Assembly (NCBI GenBank): GCA_051362555.1
Contig: CM120641.1
Location: 15,252,001 to 15,316,000 of the forward strand
Direction: 5' to 3'
Source of the DNA: Lingula anatina
Taxonomy: Eukaryota; Animalia; Brachiopoda
Length of the DNA: 64,000 nt
The notes beneath the pieces were generated by a model, which did no database searches, was not told where the DNA came from, and was given only the letters and a program-made list of their open reading frames with translations. Shown in pieces: positions 1-20,794 of this stretch (positions are counted from its first letter, which is position 1; every line of letters starts with the position of its first letter). Position numbers and translations under genes: made by a program.

Positions 1-547
1 GTCACAAAATATGGCCCAGATGCTGAGCTATTAAATGGCCAAATTTTAGTGTACATTGGTGAGCTTCTCAATGCACAATAAAACTGGGCATTCAATAGCT
101 GGGAAATATTCTGCTGTCACATTTCAGACTAAGAAAGCAAGATATGCAGTTACTCCATGCACTTATATTCTGAGTATAAAAGAGACTTAATGTCAGGGCT
201 TGCTTACCCTCTCAACGTACTTTCAGTTAGGGAGTTCACACCTCTTGTAGTTAACAATTGCAAAACCTCTACAGAAGTAGTTTGTGTGTATCTGTGGGAG
301 AACTTCATTCATAGACCACCCAATGCATTCCAGTGAATTCCATTATATAGCAAACACATGATCAGTAACTGCACAATTTGCTTAGCCACAGCTACTCAGT
401 CTACATATACTGTATACCTCACTGTACATGGGTACAGGTCTACAATGGTGTATTGAAGTGTATCACTATACATATAATAGGACCTCATACATGCAATGAC
501 TGAAGTTCACCCTGTGTGGAGGTATGTACATGTCAGTGTCTACTCAC

Positions 548-8546
<7,999 letters not shown>

Positions 8547-9062
8547 GTTGAATTTATAAAGCTGTCATTCACTTTAATGCTCTTTTCTATATAAGAAGGA
8601 GGCGTTACCGTTTGCGATGAGAGAACTGAGTGGGAGCTGTCAACACTTCCGAGTTACCAGACAGCAGAACTTGCTCTTTGGCAAACCTCTCGTTGTGAAA
8701 TCATTTAACAACAACCCAAGTGAAAATCTCTGCGTATAGAGCTAAACAGAGGACCATAGTTTATCCCTTCTTGTTACTAACGTGTCTGTTTGGAGCCAAA
8801 AGCCATGACTCCGTTTTCTTCTTCAACAAAGATGGCGTAAATCTCGGGCACCTGAAGTCACATGACTAAAGTTAAGGTCACGGATTTGGCAATGACTGCC
8901 TGTCGTATTAGCTTTGAAAATGATATAAACACATGTGCAATAAATTTATAAATGCTGTTAATAATCTCTAGCTATGAAGAACTTTGTGTTTTTGATGTTA
9001 CAACTGTGTAAAGCAGCAAACCGCACATCTCGAGTTCTCTCGCAGCATCAATGTGTTTCAAA
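8547..9062. promoter_or_regulatory. Bidirectional (head-to-head) promoter of the NAK kinase and ASH2L
   Basis: The two ATGs diverge about 515 bp apart; the region is locally CpG-richer, with YY1-like AAGATGGCG (~8829), E-box GTCACATGAC (~8858) and AAAATGGCCG overlapping the ASH2L ATG. Confidence 0.75.
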
Positions 9063-12000
9063 ATGGCCGACACAGAAGCGGGACTGGGAACCGGGTTTGT
9101 ATCAAAACACGGCTCTTTGAACACGTCTGTAAATGCAGTAAAAGCGCAAATAATGCATGGAAAAGTGTGGTTCTGAGTAGTTGTTTACTATTTATATGTA
9201 ATATATATAAATTAGTTATATACAAGTCAATTTTGGCCTCTGTTTGTATTTAGACAGTGATCGAACAGCCGATGTATAAGGTGACATGACATTATGTATT
9301 TACTGTCATTGCTAATGCCGGAGAAACTGGAGGAGACTGACAGAGATCTAACCGAAAAGCCTTCTACATGTTTCTCCTTACCTTTTGCAATCATGTTTAG
9401 TCTAGATCTAAAATGCCAAGACAACTGTTAAACTTAAAAGTCGGGTTGAAAACTACAAGATCTACTTTTAAAATTTGAAATTGTCAAGGGTTTTTAATTG
9501 CAGTTATGATGCATCATCAGAACAAGACTTACCACCATCTGGAGATGATGAAATGCTAAAAGATTCCAGCCCCAGTATGGCACAGGACAAAGAAAACACA
9601 ACAGACGATGAAGAAGGTGGACTATGTTATTGGTATATTATTATTATTATTTTATTTCGATAAAGTGTGGTATTTCTTCTACCAGTTATGTTAAAAACAA
9701 ATATCAACCCAACTGTTTCAAGATACAGTTCTGTAGGATTAAATAAATGAAGCATTGTATTATTGATGTCAAAAATATTCATGCAAAGATTTGCTATTTC
9801 AAAGTAAACTGTATATAACTTCATGTATTATACCTTTTAGTGGCAAGGACCGTAACCTTGGATCTGTAGAACTTCAATGTGCCTCCTGCCTCAGATTCTA
9901 CCACTCAGAGTGTATCAGTTGTTATTTAGGGTAAGAGTTTGACAGAACAGAAATTGGAATATTTAATTGAATTGGAAGGTCCTATTGGAAATTTAATAGC
10001 TGAATATGTTAGAGCTTTGGCAAAGCACATGATTTTTTTTTTCAATTTAAATTTGTTTTTTCTGCCTTGACTGGCCCCCAGACACCCAGTGGTGGGGCCA
10101 CTGATTCATTTCTGCCCACTTTTTTCTTCCAACCTAAAATAATGTCTGAAACATGCATGTATTATACTGCAATATTTTTCTTTAGGTAATTTGCATTATT
10201 TTTCAGCCTAAATATAAAATGGAAAATAATGTTTATATATAAACTGCTATTCAGTGAATGATAAAATTTTATTTTCATTTTTCAGCAAATGTCTTCCATT
10301 TATGACAAATTACCACTTCATCTGCAAGAGGTGTAATCCAAATGGATTGGAAAGCTTCACCAAAAAGCAAGCCAGTTAGTTTCACCCAAGTAACATACTG
10401 CTAGAAAAATTATCCATTTACAAAATCTGTTTAATTTTTGTAAAAAAAAAAAAAAAATTATAATAACTTACTATATCAAACATTGGCAGTCATGCAACCA
10501 GGCTAGAATTCCGTTTTCATAAAATTTATGATCAGATTTTGATTAATAGAAAATAAAAATGACTTTGATATCCATAAATACTCAGTCTACCTACATTTCG
10601 TTATAAGGTTTCAGCCAGATGTGCCACACAGTTGTTGCAAACCTTACCTATCAGAATGCTCCAACTAGGATATTTTCTAAGGACACTGTAAGTGAGATAC
10701 CTTAACAGATTAATGTGAAATGGTATACAGTTTTTCAGAGCACGAGACGTGTTTTATTTCTAGGCAAATTGGCTGGTTACAGGCTATTTTTCATAAAACA
10801 CCTTATGTATTCTATGTTCAGTAATTCATCTAAAGATATTTAGATGATGAAATGATTTTTATAGCGTGAATGTTGTATTTTAATGTAAGCTTCTTTATTT
10901 TAAAACTGCATGAATTTCCCCAGCTTTTAATATTGACATTATTATTTAATATCAAATTCTGCATTTTTTTTTTTTACTCTTAAATTATATCACACAATGT
11001 TTTGTTTTAGGAAATCATTCCATTCTTTGAGAAGCATTGGGAAACTTTGACATATATGGCACAAAGAAAGAAACCAACATGGCATAACACTATCCACAAG
11101 ACTATGGTAACTGTGCTAGCTCCTGTGGTTGTATTAATGCACACTCACACACCCTTTGTATAGGTCATTAATAATTGTATGGTTATAATTAAACTTCTAG
11201 AACCAGTATTATATATTCCATTGTCATAAATCAGTGCAATAATTGGTCACATACTAGTAAACACTTTTCCTGATTTATATACTGTCCCAAAGACTGAACA
11301 ATAGATGTTTTAAAACTTAAATTCTTAACATTAAATCTTATGAAGGTATTTAGTTATATTTTTACTTAATTTTTGGTATAAATATTTGTTTTCTTTGTTT
11401 TTACTTCAGATGAAAGAAACAGACATTTTCCTTTGTGTAGAAGAAAGAGCGGGAGATCCTCACTTCGGTTTGTTAAGTGAGGTATGTCTATGTTGCACTT
11501 GGTAACATTGATTTTGTGTGCATTGTTGAGGGTGATGTTTTAGGTCACAAGTGTTCTATGAATCACTTACCATATGTCTGGTTGTCGACTTAAGATGAAA
11601 GGGCCTGCATCCCAAATATCACTTGGCACTAGGGAAGCCCCCTGATGGTGAATTACAGATGTGATATATCCAAATATTTTGCAACATGTCAGAGTCTATC
11701 ACCAGATTTTTCATTCTAATAATTGTGTATACTTCATAGTTTAATTAATAATTTGAAACTCTAGATAAATTCAAATATCATATTAAGAAAATTAATGTTT
11801 GTTGGTATGGCCCTTGCCCCCTTAATTAGGAATTCTGAATAAAAATTGTCTGTGGGTAAAATCTCAATTAACATTTCACTTGTCAACTTTATACAGACAG
11901 GTACCCCAACATGAGTTGTTGACTTTTTTATGGAATTTAAGCTATGAATATTATGTACACATTTGCAGTGATAGCATATAGTTTGTTTATATTTAATTTC

Positions 12001-15000
12001 TACGGTTTTAGGACCTTTCAAAAATTGGCCCGGCATATGGTAATTCTGGGGATGCTAAATTATCATCTTCATTGAATGACAGTAAGTGGTAACTTAACAA
12101 TAGTAGTACATTCAAACTGATATTTGAACTTTATCTTTTGTAATGGCTAAAATAAGACATAGTCGGTAAGTTCATCAGTTGCAATTGTATATTATATATA
12201 CATGAAAAATGTGATTAATTGAATTTAATAAATATTTGTTTGCAATTAGTATGTTGTGGTAGTGCCTGCTAGAAACCATAGTGTGAGTAAACATTTGAGT
12301 TAACAGAAAGGTTTTATGGATTTCAGGTAAAGGTCGCAGTGCAAAGAGGAAAGCAGCTCCAGCTGACCCTAACTGGGTTCCACCGGGATTCAAGCAAAAG
12401 AAAGGGTAATCTTAAGACATTGATGACACCATAAAATAAGAAATGTACAGTATCATTACAGTGCTAAGTAGATCTTTGAAATAGAGTTTACAGAGATTTC
12501 TTTTACCAGAGGCAAGAAAAGTCCTTCAGTGAATAACAAGGTAAGCATTTGCCACATTACTGTTTTCAGAGAGGTCACCACAGCCACCAAACTGGCTCCT
12601 CATGGCTACCCTCTAGAACATCCATTCAACAAAGATGGCTATCGTTACATTCTCGCTGAGCCTGATCCACATGCTCCAAACAGACAAGCATTTGATGAGA
12701 GTGTTGAGTGGGCTGGTAAGCCTATACCAGGGTATTTGTACAGAACGTTTTTGGGCTCACAGGTGCTCCTGGCTTTACATGACAGAGGTAAAAATAATTG
12801 AATAGTCCTGAATTTAGCCTCGCAAACATACTTTTAAAAATAAGTTTAAAATAGGAAACTAAGTTTAGAGTCTTTCACCAAAAGAATGCTTTTGCAATCC
12901 ATTACTTTTTTCAAGGTTTTCAGAATATATAGAACTATCATCACGTTTTTCTTTCTATGACAAAGTATATACCTTGGTGTAGATCATTTACCATGAGACA
13001 GTATTTATTTAATGTGTCGGCAGTTCTTAATTCTTACCAGTTGCTTTTATTTTCCATTTTATATGTGTACTGATGTCAAACAGATAATAACTATCAACAT
13101 TTATCCTTGTTTTAAAATTAAGGTGTGTCCCTCTGAATGGGATGGCACAATATTTTAAGGAAATAAACATTTTTAAAACCGCTTTTAACCAAATGCAGTA
13201 ACACAATTTAATTTGTTTTTAAAATCTATTCTAAATTAATTAATTTTATTAATTTTTCTTTGTATATGTATCAAATTTTGCTCCAAAGGAAAATAATTTC
13301 CAATTTTTTTAATTGGCTGAATAAATTCTTATCTTATATTTCTTTCCGTAATTGTAGCTCCACAGCTGAAGATCTCAGATGACAGATTGACCGTTACTGG
13401 AGAGAAGGGCTATAGCATGGTCAGAGCTACTCACTGTAAGCGCAGGAGTAATTTATATCAGTCATCTGCATGATTATTTGCCAAATGCACAATAAAGTAA
13501 TGTTGTGTCTGACACATCTTTGTTTGCATAAGCAATGAGTTACCACAAAGCCTTTTTCCTTTCTCTCCTTTGGGTTTCCTCTGTGATAAAACATTGGGTC
13601 AGGGTGGTGGGGCAGGGGGGAAGAGTGAATAGTCACCTTCAGATTTCAATTGTACTTTTTTATTGTCATTAAGCAGTGAGAGATCTGCAAATTGAAACAT
13701 TTTGCGCTTGTCAGTTTCAACATATATGCTGTATATTGTACAGAGACATGATTGTAATTCTTTATCAAAGTCTCCATACCCTCCCCCCTCCCTCCCTCCC
13801 TCTCTCTTTCTCTCTCTCTCTCTTTCTCTTTGTTTTTTTTTTTTTGTGTGTGTGTATGTGTTGTGTTCTTCTTGAGAGACCTGCACTGTTAAGAAGTTGA
13901 ACATATAACACCTATTCCACTTTTCCATGTCACAGGTGTGAACAAAGGCGGTTGGTACTTTGAAGTCAAAATAGATGAGATGCCTCCAGAGACCGCAGTC
14001 AGGATGGGATGGTCCATGACACTGGGTAATTATTGACATTGAGAATTATGTTGATGTTTTTCACAGTAAAAATTGCAAACACGTCTACATATTAGTCAAG
14101 CTGTACAGAAAGTACTTTTGTTATCATATACTTAGTTTAGATTATTATTATACTACAATACAATCAAAGAATATGTTTAACAATGTCACTGATGTGAATA
14201 GTATTGTTGATAAGAATCTAGGTCAATTTTTTTTGTTTACTTGAAAAAGGTGGAATTTTATTCCAGTTAAGACATACTTTTCTGTGAGATTTTTTAAAAA
14301 AATTAATTGGCTTATTATTCCAGGAAATCTCCAAGCCCCATGTGGTTATGACAAATTCAGTTACTCCTGGAGATCCAAGAAAGGCACCCGTTTCCATGAG
14401 AGCAGAGGCAAACATTACAGTGAGGGTTATGGTGAAGGGGATGTAGTAGGCTTCTACATATATCTACCATGGCCTACAAAACCTGGAAAATTACTTCCAG
14501 CCACATATAAAGACAGGGTAGGTGATAACTGTTATGTTAATATTTGTATTAGACGGTTTGCTTAAAAAGAATTTTACATATCTTATTGAAATCTTTATAT
14601 ATTTTTAATTATAAGTAGTCCGGTGACAACCTGTCCAGATTGATTAAAACTTTTTTTAGTTATTGAAAAAAGCCTAAAGCCAGTTAAACATGCATAAGAG
14701 TAGATTGAGACTGGCATGAAATTCAACTGGAAGATTGTCAGAATTTTCTATAAAGATCCTTTTATGATGACTTTGAAAAGTGTCTGTTTAAATAGCTGAA
14801 TCATTGCAGCATATTTATAACAAGATACTGTGAGTACTTCAAGATGAAATAAGATAAGTCTAGATAGTACCTTAAGCATAAGGTCAACATGGGATGGTTC
14901 TAAAAGGCATTCAATATATATGTTATTGTTAATCTCTTTCAACATCTTTTTTCTTTGCACATATTAACTATTTGCAGCTCCCTTGCACAAGTTTTAATAC

Positions 15001-16581
15001 TAAAGCTGTGGTCTTTTCTGCATTACTTGTGATCATGCATATGTATGTATAGCTATTTGAGTTTATTGTTTAAAATAAACAACAGCTGTGAGCTTTATAT
15101 GTAATATATGCAGAAACTGTCTTGAGAAGCTCCATTATTGTCACTGCATTACAACTTGTAATTATATGCAGTTATGAAATGGCAGACACCATCAGTGGTA
15201 ATGAATCCAATGGAGACTGCACATTTATTGAATCTATACTAATGTAGCTCCTTTGTTTATCTTGAAATGCACAGGAGACTGTAGTTCTGAGGGAGAGGTG
15301 TGGTCAGGCTGACCATGTGGAGCTGAGATTGTCTGAAATGGTACAATATGTAACATAAAGATGCAAAATACAATCTTCTGTGATGTTATAAAATCAAATG
15401 CATTCTTAGCACAATAAAACCCTTTAAAATCTCTAATAGTTAATGCATTGGAGACGACCTTAGCCTTGTGTCAACTGTGTATGAGTCTACCTTTAACAAA
15501 AACGTCAGCTTTGAAAATCACTCTTCAGCAAAGTTTACCTTATTATATGTGCCAGCACTGTCTGGAGTATGGTCAAAGTGTTGGATCTTCCTTTGCAGTG
15601 CTGAAGAAGGAAAGTGCATTTCAGTTGTTTTGTTTTCTTCTGTCCTTTGTACTGCCCTAGCCTAGAGAGTTGTTTACGTATACTAATTTGAATTTAAGCA
15701 TTGCTGGCTATCAAATTAAGTTTTGCTCATGTGCATTAAGCAAAGGAAAAAATAGCTGTACTGGTATATCATACTAGAATATGTTGTTTGAGATTGAATT
15801 ATCCAGTATTGCAGTATGGTTATGAAAAGCAGTTGTGGAAAGCAACTTACACTGATATAGTTCAAATTCTGTTTCTTTTTTATATTCATCTGTCCCTGTA
15901 TACCTACATTTTGCAAAACAAACAAAAGGTGTCAAGCATAAAGAGAGATCACAATTGATCATTCTCAAGTTTTAGGAACAGCCGTTGGCAAAAAGGAACA
16001 CAGAAAGCAGAATAGTGCTTAATATAAAGCAGATTAATTTAAAATTATCAGCGTGGGCACTTGGCTTACTTATAACTTTGTCAAACAATTTAAGTGTTAA
16101 TGAATATGAAGATGACTTTTTTGGTTATATCCGAGCATGCATGCCCTAAGTTTTGTAACAAATCTGGAATAAATTGGCAAAATTAATAATGCTTTTTCAT
16201 TTGCTCTAGCCAAGTTAAGGTTTGGTGTATGAAAGCAGTGTGGTTCTAAGCTGTGAGCTGTTAAGTGGGATTGACACTCTCCCAGTTTGATTTTTATCTA
16301 TATTTTTGAAATTTTAAGAAGCTACTTATAATACACTAAACAGAATAAAATAAAACATTTTTGAAGCAACAACATAGTATAAATGTAGATGATAATTATT
16401 AAGTACAAGCTGAAATTTTTCTTCCTATCTAAGTTTGTAGCCAACAGCTTAAATTAAGATGAAAAAAATTCTTACGGAAATTTTCTGATCAACTTTTCAG
16501 AGTGTGGCATTTGTTCCTCATCTGGTCTAGAAAAGTATATTAAGAATAATATAAAGTGTAAAGATATGGAAATATACAGTG

Positions 16582-16655
<74 letters not shown>

Positions 16656-17558
16656 CTGTTAACAGTTCTGAAATACTTGCTGTCATTTATCTACATGCAT
16701 ATGCTGGTTTTGCTTATATGATTGCTCAATAATATGTAGTATAATTGTTAACAGGTTCTACTTATGAAATATTTTCTGTCATTTATCTACATACATATAC
16801 TGGTCTTGCTCATCCCATCTATTACTGTAGTCATACCAGGTGTGAGGTTTGGGGACAGCCACTGAGCTGTTTGTGTCTGAGGAACAGGGATACTCTAAAA
16901 GAGATGCCACCAAATATAATTTACCAATTTGAATACAATATATGGCATTGAAATGACTCCATATGGCCGTGATTAACATCTGTGTCTTGACAGTATTTTT
17001 GCTCTTTTTATTTATTTATTATTACTCAAAATGTATCATATTTGATAAGGATATGCTAGATCGTAATAAAATATTTTTAAAATATACATTTCCCTTTCAT
17101 TGCAAATATCATGTTGTTTCTTATTTTATTTTTTTACCTGATTCGCTTGTCATTTGATTAGCATAGAAGCCAGACTGTGTGCTGTCTGATGGGGCCCCTG
17201 TCCATTTTCCCACTTCACTACTCTTTCTATCTCTGTTGCCTTCCTTCTTGACAAAGCTGTATACAGGGGCATCACCATCTGGGTTTCCTTGTTGATTGTT
17301 GTGGGATCCACTTGTATTAATATTTGATTCCTGGTGCCCTGGTGTCTTTGTGTGGTTCTCTCCACCCATTGTAGAATCTGTTGATGTTCTTGACGTGAGT
17401 TTGGCTTTATGTCTGCTAGGCTTCGGAGCCTCCTGAAGAACATTTGATATGCTTGACATTTTTTAGCATGAACAACTTTTCTTGCTTAGGTGTTCATATT
17501 TGCCATTTTCAAGGCAGAGAAATTAAAAGAGAGATTAAAATTTTAGATAAAAATTTTA

Positions 17559-17615
<57 letters not shown>

Positions 17616-20109
17616 CTGGTTATCGCTTTCTGCATCTGTACTGATGTGCCCCCTTTTCTTACTGGGTCGACCTTTGATTGATCTATTATGAGGTGGTGCA
17701 CGTCGGAACTGAGAAATTGGAGCATTCATATTTTACAATGTGTTATTTTAATTATGAAATGTTAATTTTCCATAAATTTGAAAAAATACTTTAGGACTGT
17801 CAGTAATGCATTTCTCTGTTAGAATAGATTTTAGGTGAACATGTTTATTATTCATAAAAGAGTTTGGCATCAGAGAGCATGCTGCAGTTGCCTCTGTTAA
17901 AGAGAATATTCAAATTTAAGCAATGGTATATTGATGATCTTGGGTAAAACTCACAGATTTGAGCACTCCAGCTTCTCTCTTTGTGCCAGCAAAGTCATTT
18001 TCATCATCTGAATCTTTTTCTTCAGTCTGCAACTCTTCGTCCTCTCCATGTGCCCCTGATCTGAAATGGTTAGATATTGAGGCTGTTTTGTTCTTTGGAA
18101 AACCCCTTTTTAGATTTGTTTTGAAGAACTGGGGTAGAAAATCAATATTGTACAAATCCAAAATGAGCATTTTTATTAAAAGATTATACTAACAATGTCA
18201 GTGCATAATTACTTGTTAGTGTCAGTGTCAGCTTGGTCGGAGAGAATGCTGCTTGTGACGTCTGCATTTGAAGCTTCGGAAATTTGACTTGCTGCATCTT
18301 CTTTCTCATCCTCAAGGTCAGCTGATGGGGCCTTTTTCTTTGGACGACCCTGTGATTATAAAGTAATTTTGATTCATTAATTTATGGTCTAGATAGTTAG
18401 AGGGTCTTAACTAAATCTGTGTGTGAGTGTGTGTGTGTGTTAGGAGTGACATAGAGAATAACATATGTCTGCAGATAGCAGTGGCTATAATGAGCTCATT
18501 CGCTGACTGTTCTGCCATATGCTGCTGTCCTGACATCCTCTGTCTGACCCTAGCACCATGTCGATCATTGAACTTTCTGGCCAGAGTGCAAAGATAGCAT
18601 AACATAATTGTCCTGTATTATGGCAGAGCAACAAGAATGATAAAAAAATTATTGTCCTATAAAGAAGAGAGGTTTTTCTTACAGACTCCTGTATTCCACT
18701 ATTTAATGAGTAGATTAAAGTGCTCAAATTGAAGTATAATTGAAAGTTAGAATATAGTAGGAAGAAATTAGCCACTACATGTATTTACCATTCCAATGAC
18801 AATTCCCTGACTTTCAAATTCCTCAAATGCTTTGCTACAGGGCCGTTTCTTCTTTGGTTTCTCTCGAGTTTGTGTACTGACCATGTTATCTTCATCTGAC
18901 TTTACCTCCAGTGCTTTTATTCTGGCTAACACTGATATTTCTGGCTTAGTTAACGTCCTGACAAGAGAAAGAAAGGATGGGGACAATAAATAATAATTGT
19001 GGATTTTTACCATGAAGTGTTTTTGTGCTGACAGTGTCTGAGGATATCACATCCTCGTAAAAGAAAAAAGATCTGGCAATACAAAGGATCAGTGACCGTG
19101 ATCTGGAAATAAAGAGAGGGTCTCCTAACGTAACAAACTTGGGGACAAAAATCACTTCTTGGAAGTTTGAATCTCTGACAAATGAACAACTTCAATGTCT
19201 AGGATTAGTGGTACTCTGTACCAGAGGTCCTTCTAGCTGTTCTAGCAGTCACAAAATTGATTGAAGGACCTCTGTCTACATTAATGTCACCTACCCTGCC
19301 CCTTAATAGGTCTTAATAAAAAAGGCACAACAGCAGAGGAGAAAATTGCTGGGTTGTGTGTATTCACACAGCTTGGCACCCAGTGTAGGTCTGACCCCTT
19401 GCTTGACATAATCTTGACAGCTTTCTGTAGCCTCCAATTTATATTCAAATTTAGATTTAATATCCAAAATTGATTGATAATTACCACTGTCAAATGCCAA
19501 GACGTATTTTAATTAAGTTATACATTACGAAGTGTAAAGGATAATACTTTAGTAAAATTCCAAGATACCACCAATGCTTTTAGTGTCAGATTTTTCAAAA
19601 CTAAAATGCATTTATTTTAACATTAATCAACACCATCACATTCTAGTAACTGAAAAAAAAAAAAAAGAAAAAAAAAACATTGAAAATCAGACCTATATTA
19701 GTTATAAGTTAGAGGTCTAATATAGCAGAAGTACCAATACAGGTACATGCAGTAGACTTAGGCTTCATTAACATGCAATGTCTATTTTCTAAATTCTATT
19801 TTCTATTCGCGGTATGTCTTATGATCACGGTCTGTGCCCTGAATATCCCGCGGCGTAATTACTGGCAGCGCAAGCCAGTTACTATAAGTGACTGGCTCGC
19901 GCTGCCAGTAATTACGCGGCGGGATATTCAGGGCACAGACCGTGATCATAAGATAGCGCGAATAGAAAATAGATTTTTAGAAAATAGACATTCCATGTGA
20001 ACGAAGCCTTAATTTGCTAGATATTTGTGAGGAATGTATTTGAGAATCATCTCAAATCCCGCAGTATACAGAGCCTACATATGTATCTTATGTATCATTA
20101 AAAGCTAGA

Positions 20110-20146
<37 letters not shown>

Positions 20147-20761
20147 GCTTTTATCATAATCTTGTACCTTTGACATAAAATGTTGCGCACAGCTTGATTC
20201 AATAGTATAATGGAAAGTTTGGATTTTTTTCCATTTCAAAGCTTTACTAAAGTTTTGCCACTTTTGTGAACCCATGGACATTTTATGTAAGCCTTGCAAA
20301 TCACATTCAGTGATGGGCCTAGTTTCCAGTGTTTATCTATTTGAACTGAGTTGAGCTCATTTATTAAATTATGATATTGCAAAATCTGTACATTTATCAG
20401 TTTTTCTGTTTTATTTTTCCATTAATAAGAACATGATGTTACTGTAACTATAGACTGCACATCTGTCAATGTATACATATGTATACTATCTGTATGATAT
20501 ATTTAACTATTTATCAGGATAAAATCCTAGCTATGAAATGAGCAGCATAAAAATTCCAGGCATAAAGATGGATTTGATTAGAGATAACTAGTGTATGTGA
20601 TAGATGGAATGTTGTTGATAGTGCTCACTTAAAGGGATAACAGCTGTTCATGTTGGTCAAAAAATGGATTTTCTTGGGGTAAACGACAATTTTCCCATAC
20701 TTAACAATGGTTAATGAATCTATTCCAGCATTCAAATTAGTCCCTGTTATTTTTTCTAAGA

Positions 20762-20794
<33 letters not shown>

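Noticed and set aside
19773-20000. 75-aa ORF with a signal-peptide-like start
   Set aside because: Lies wholly within the palindromic MITE.
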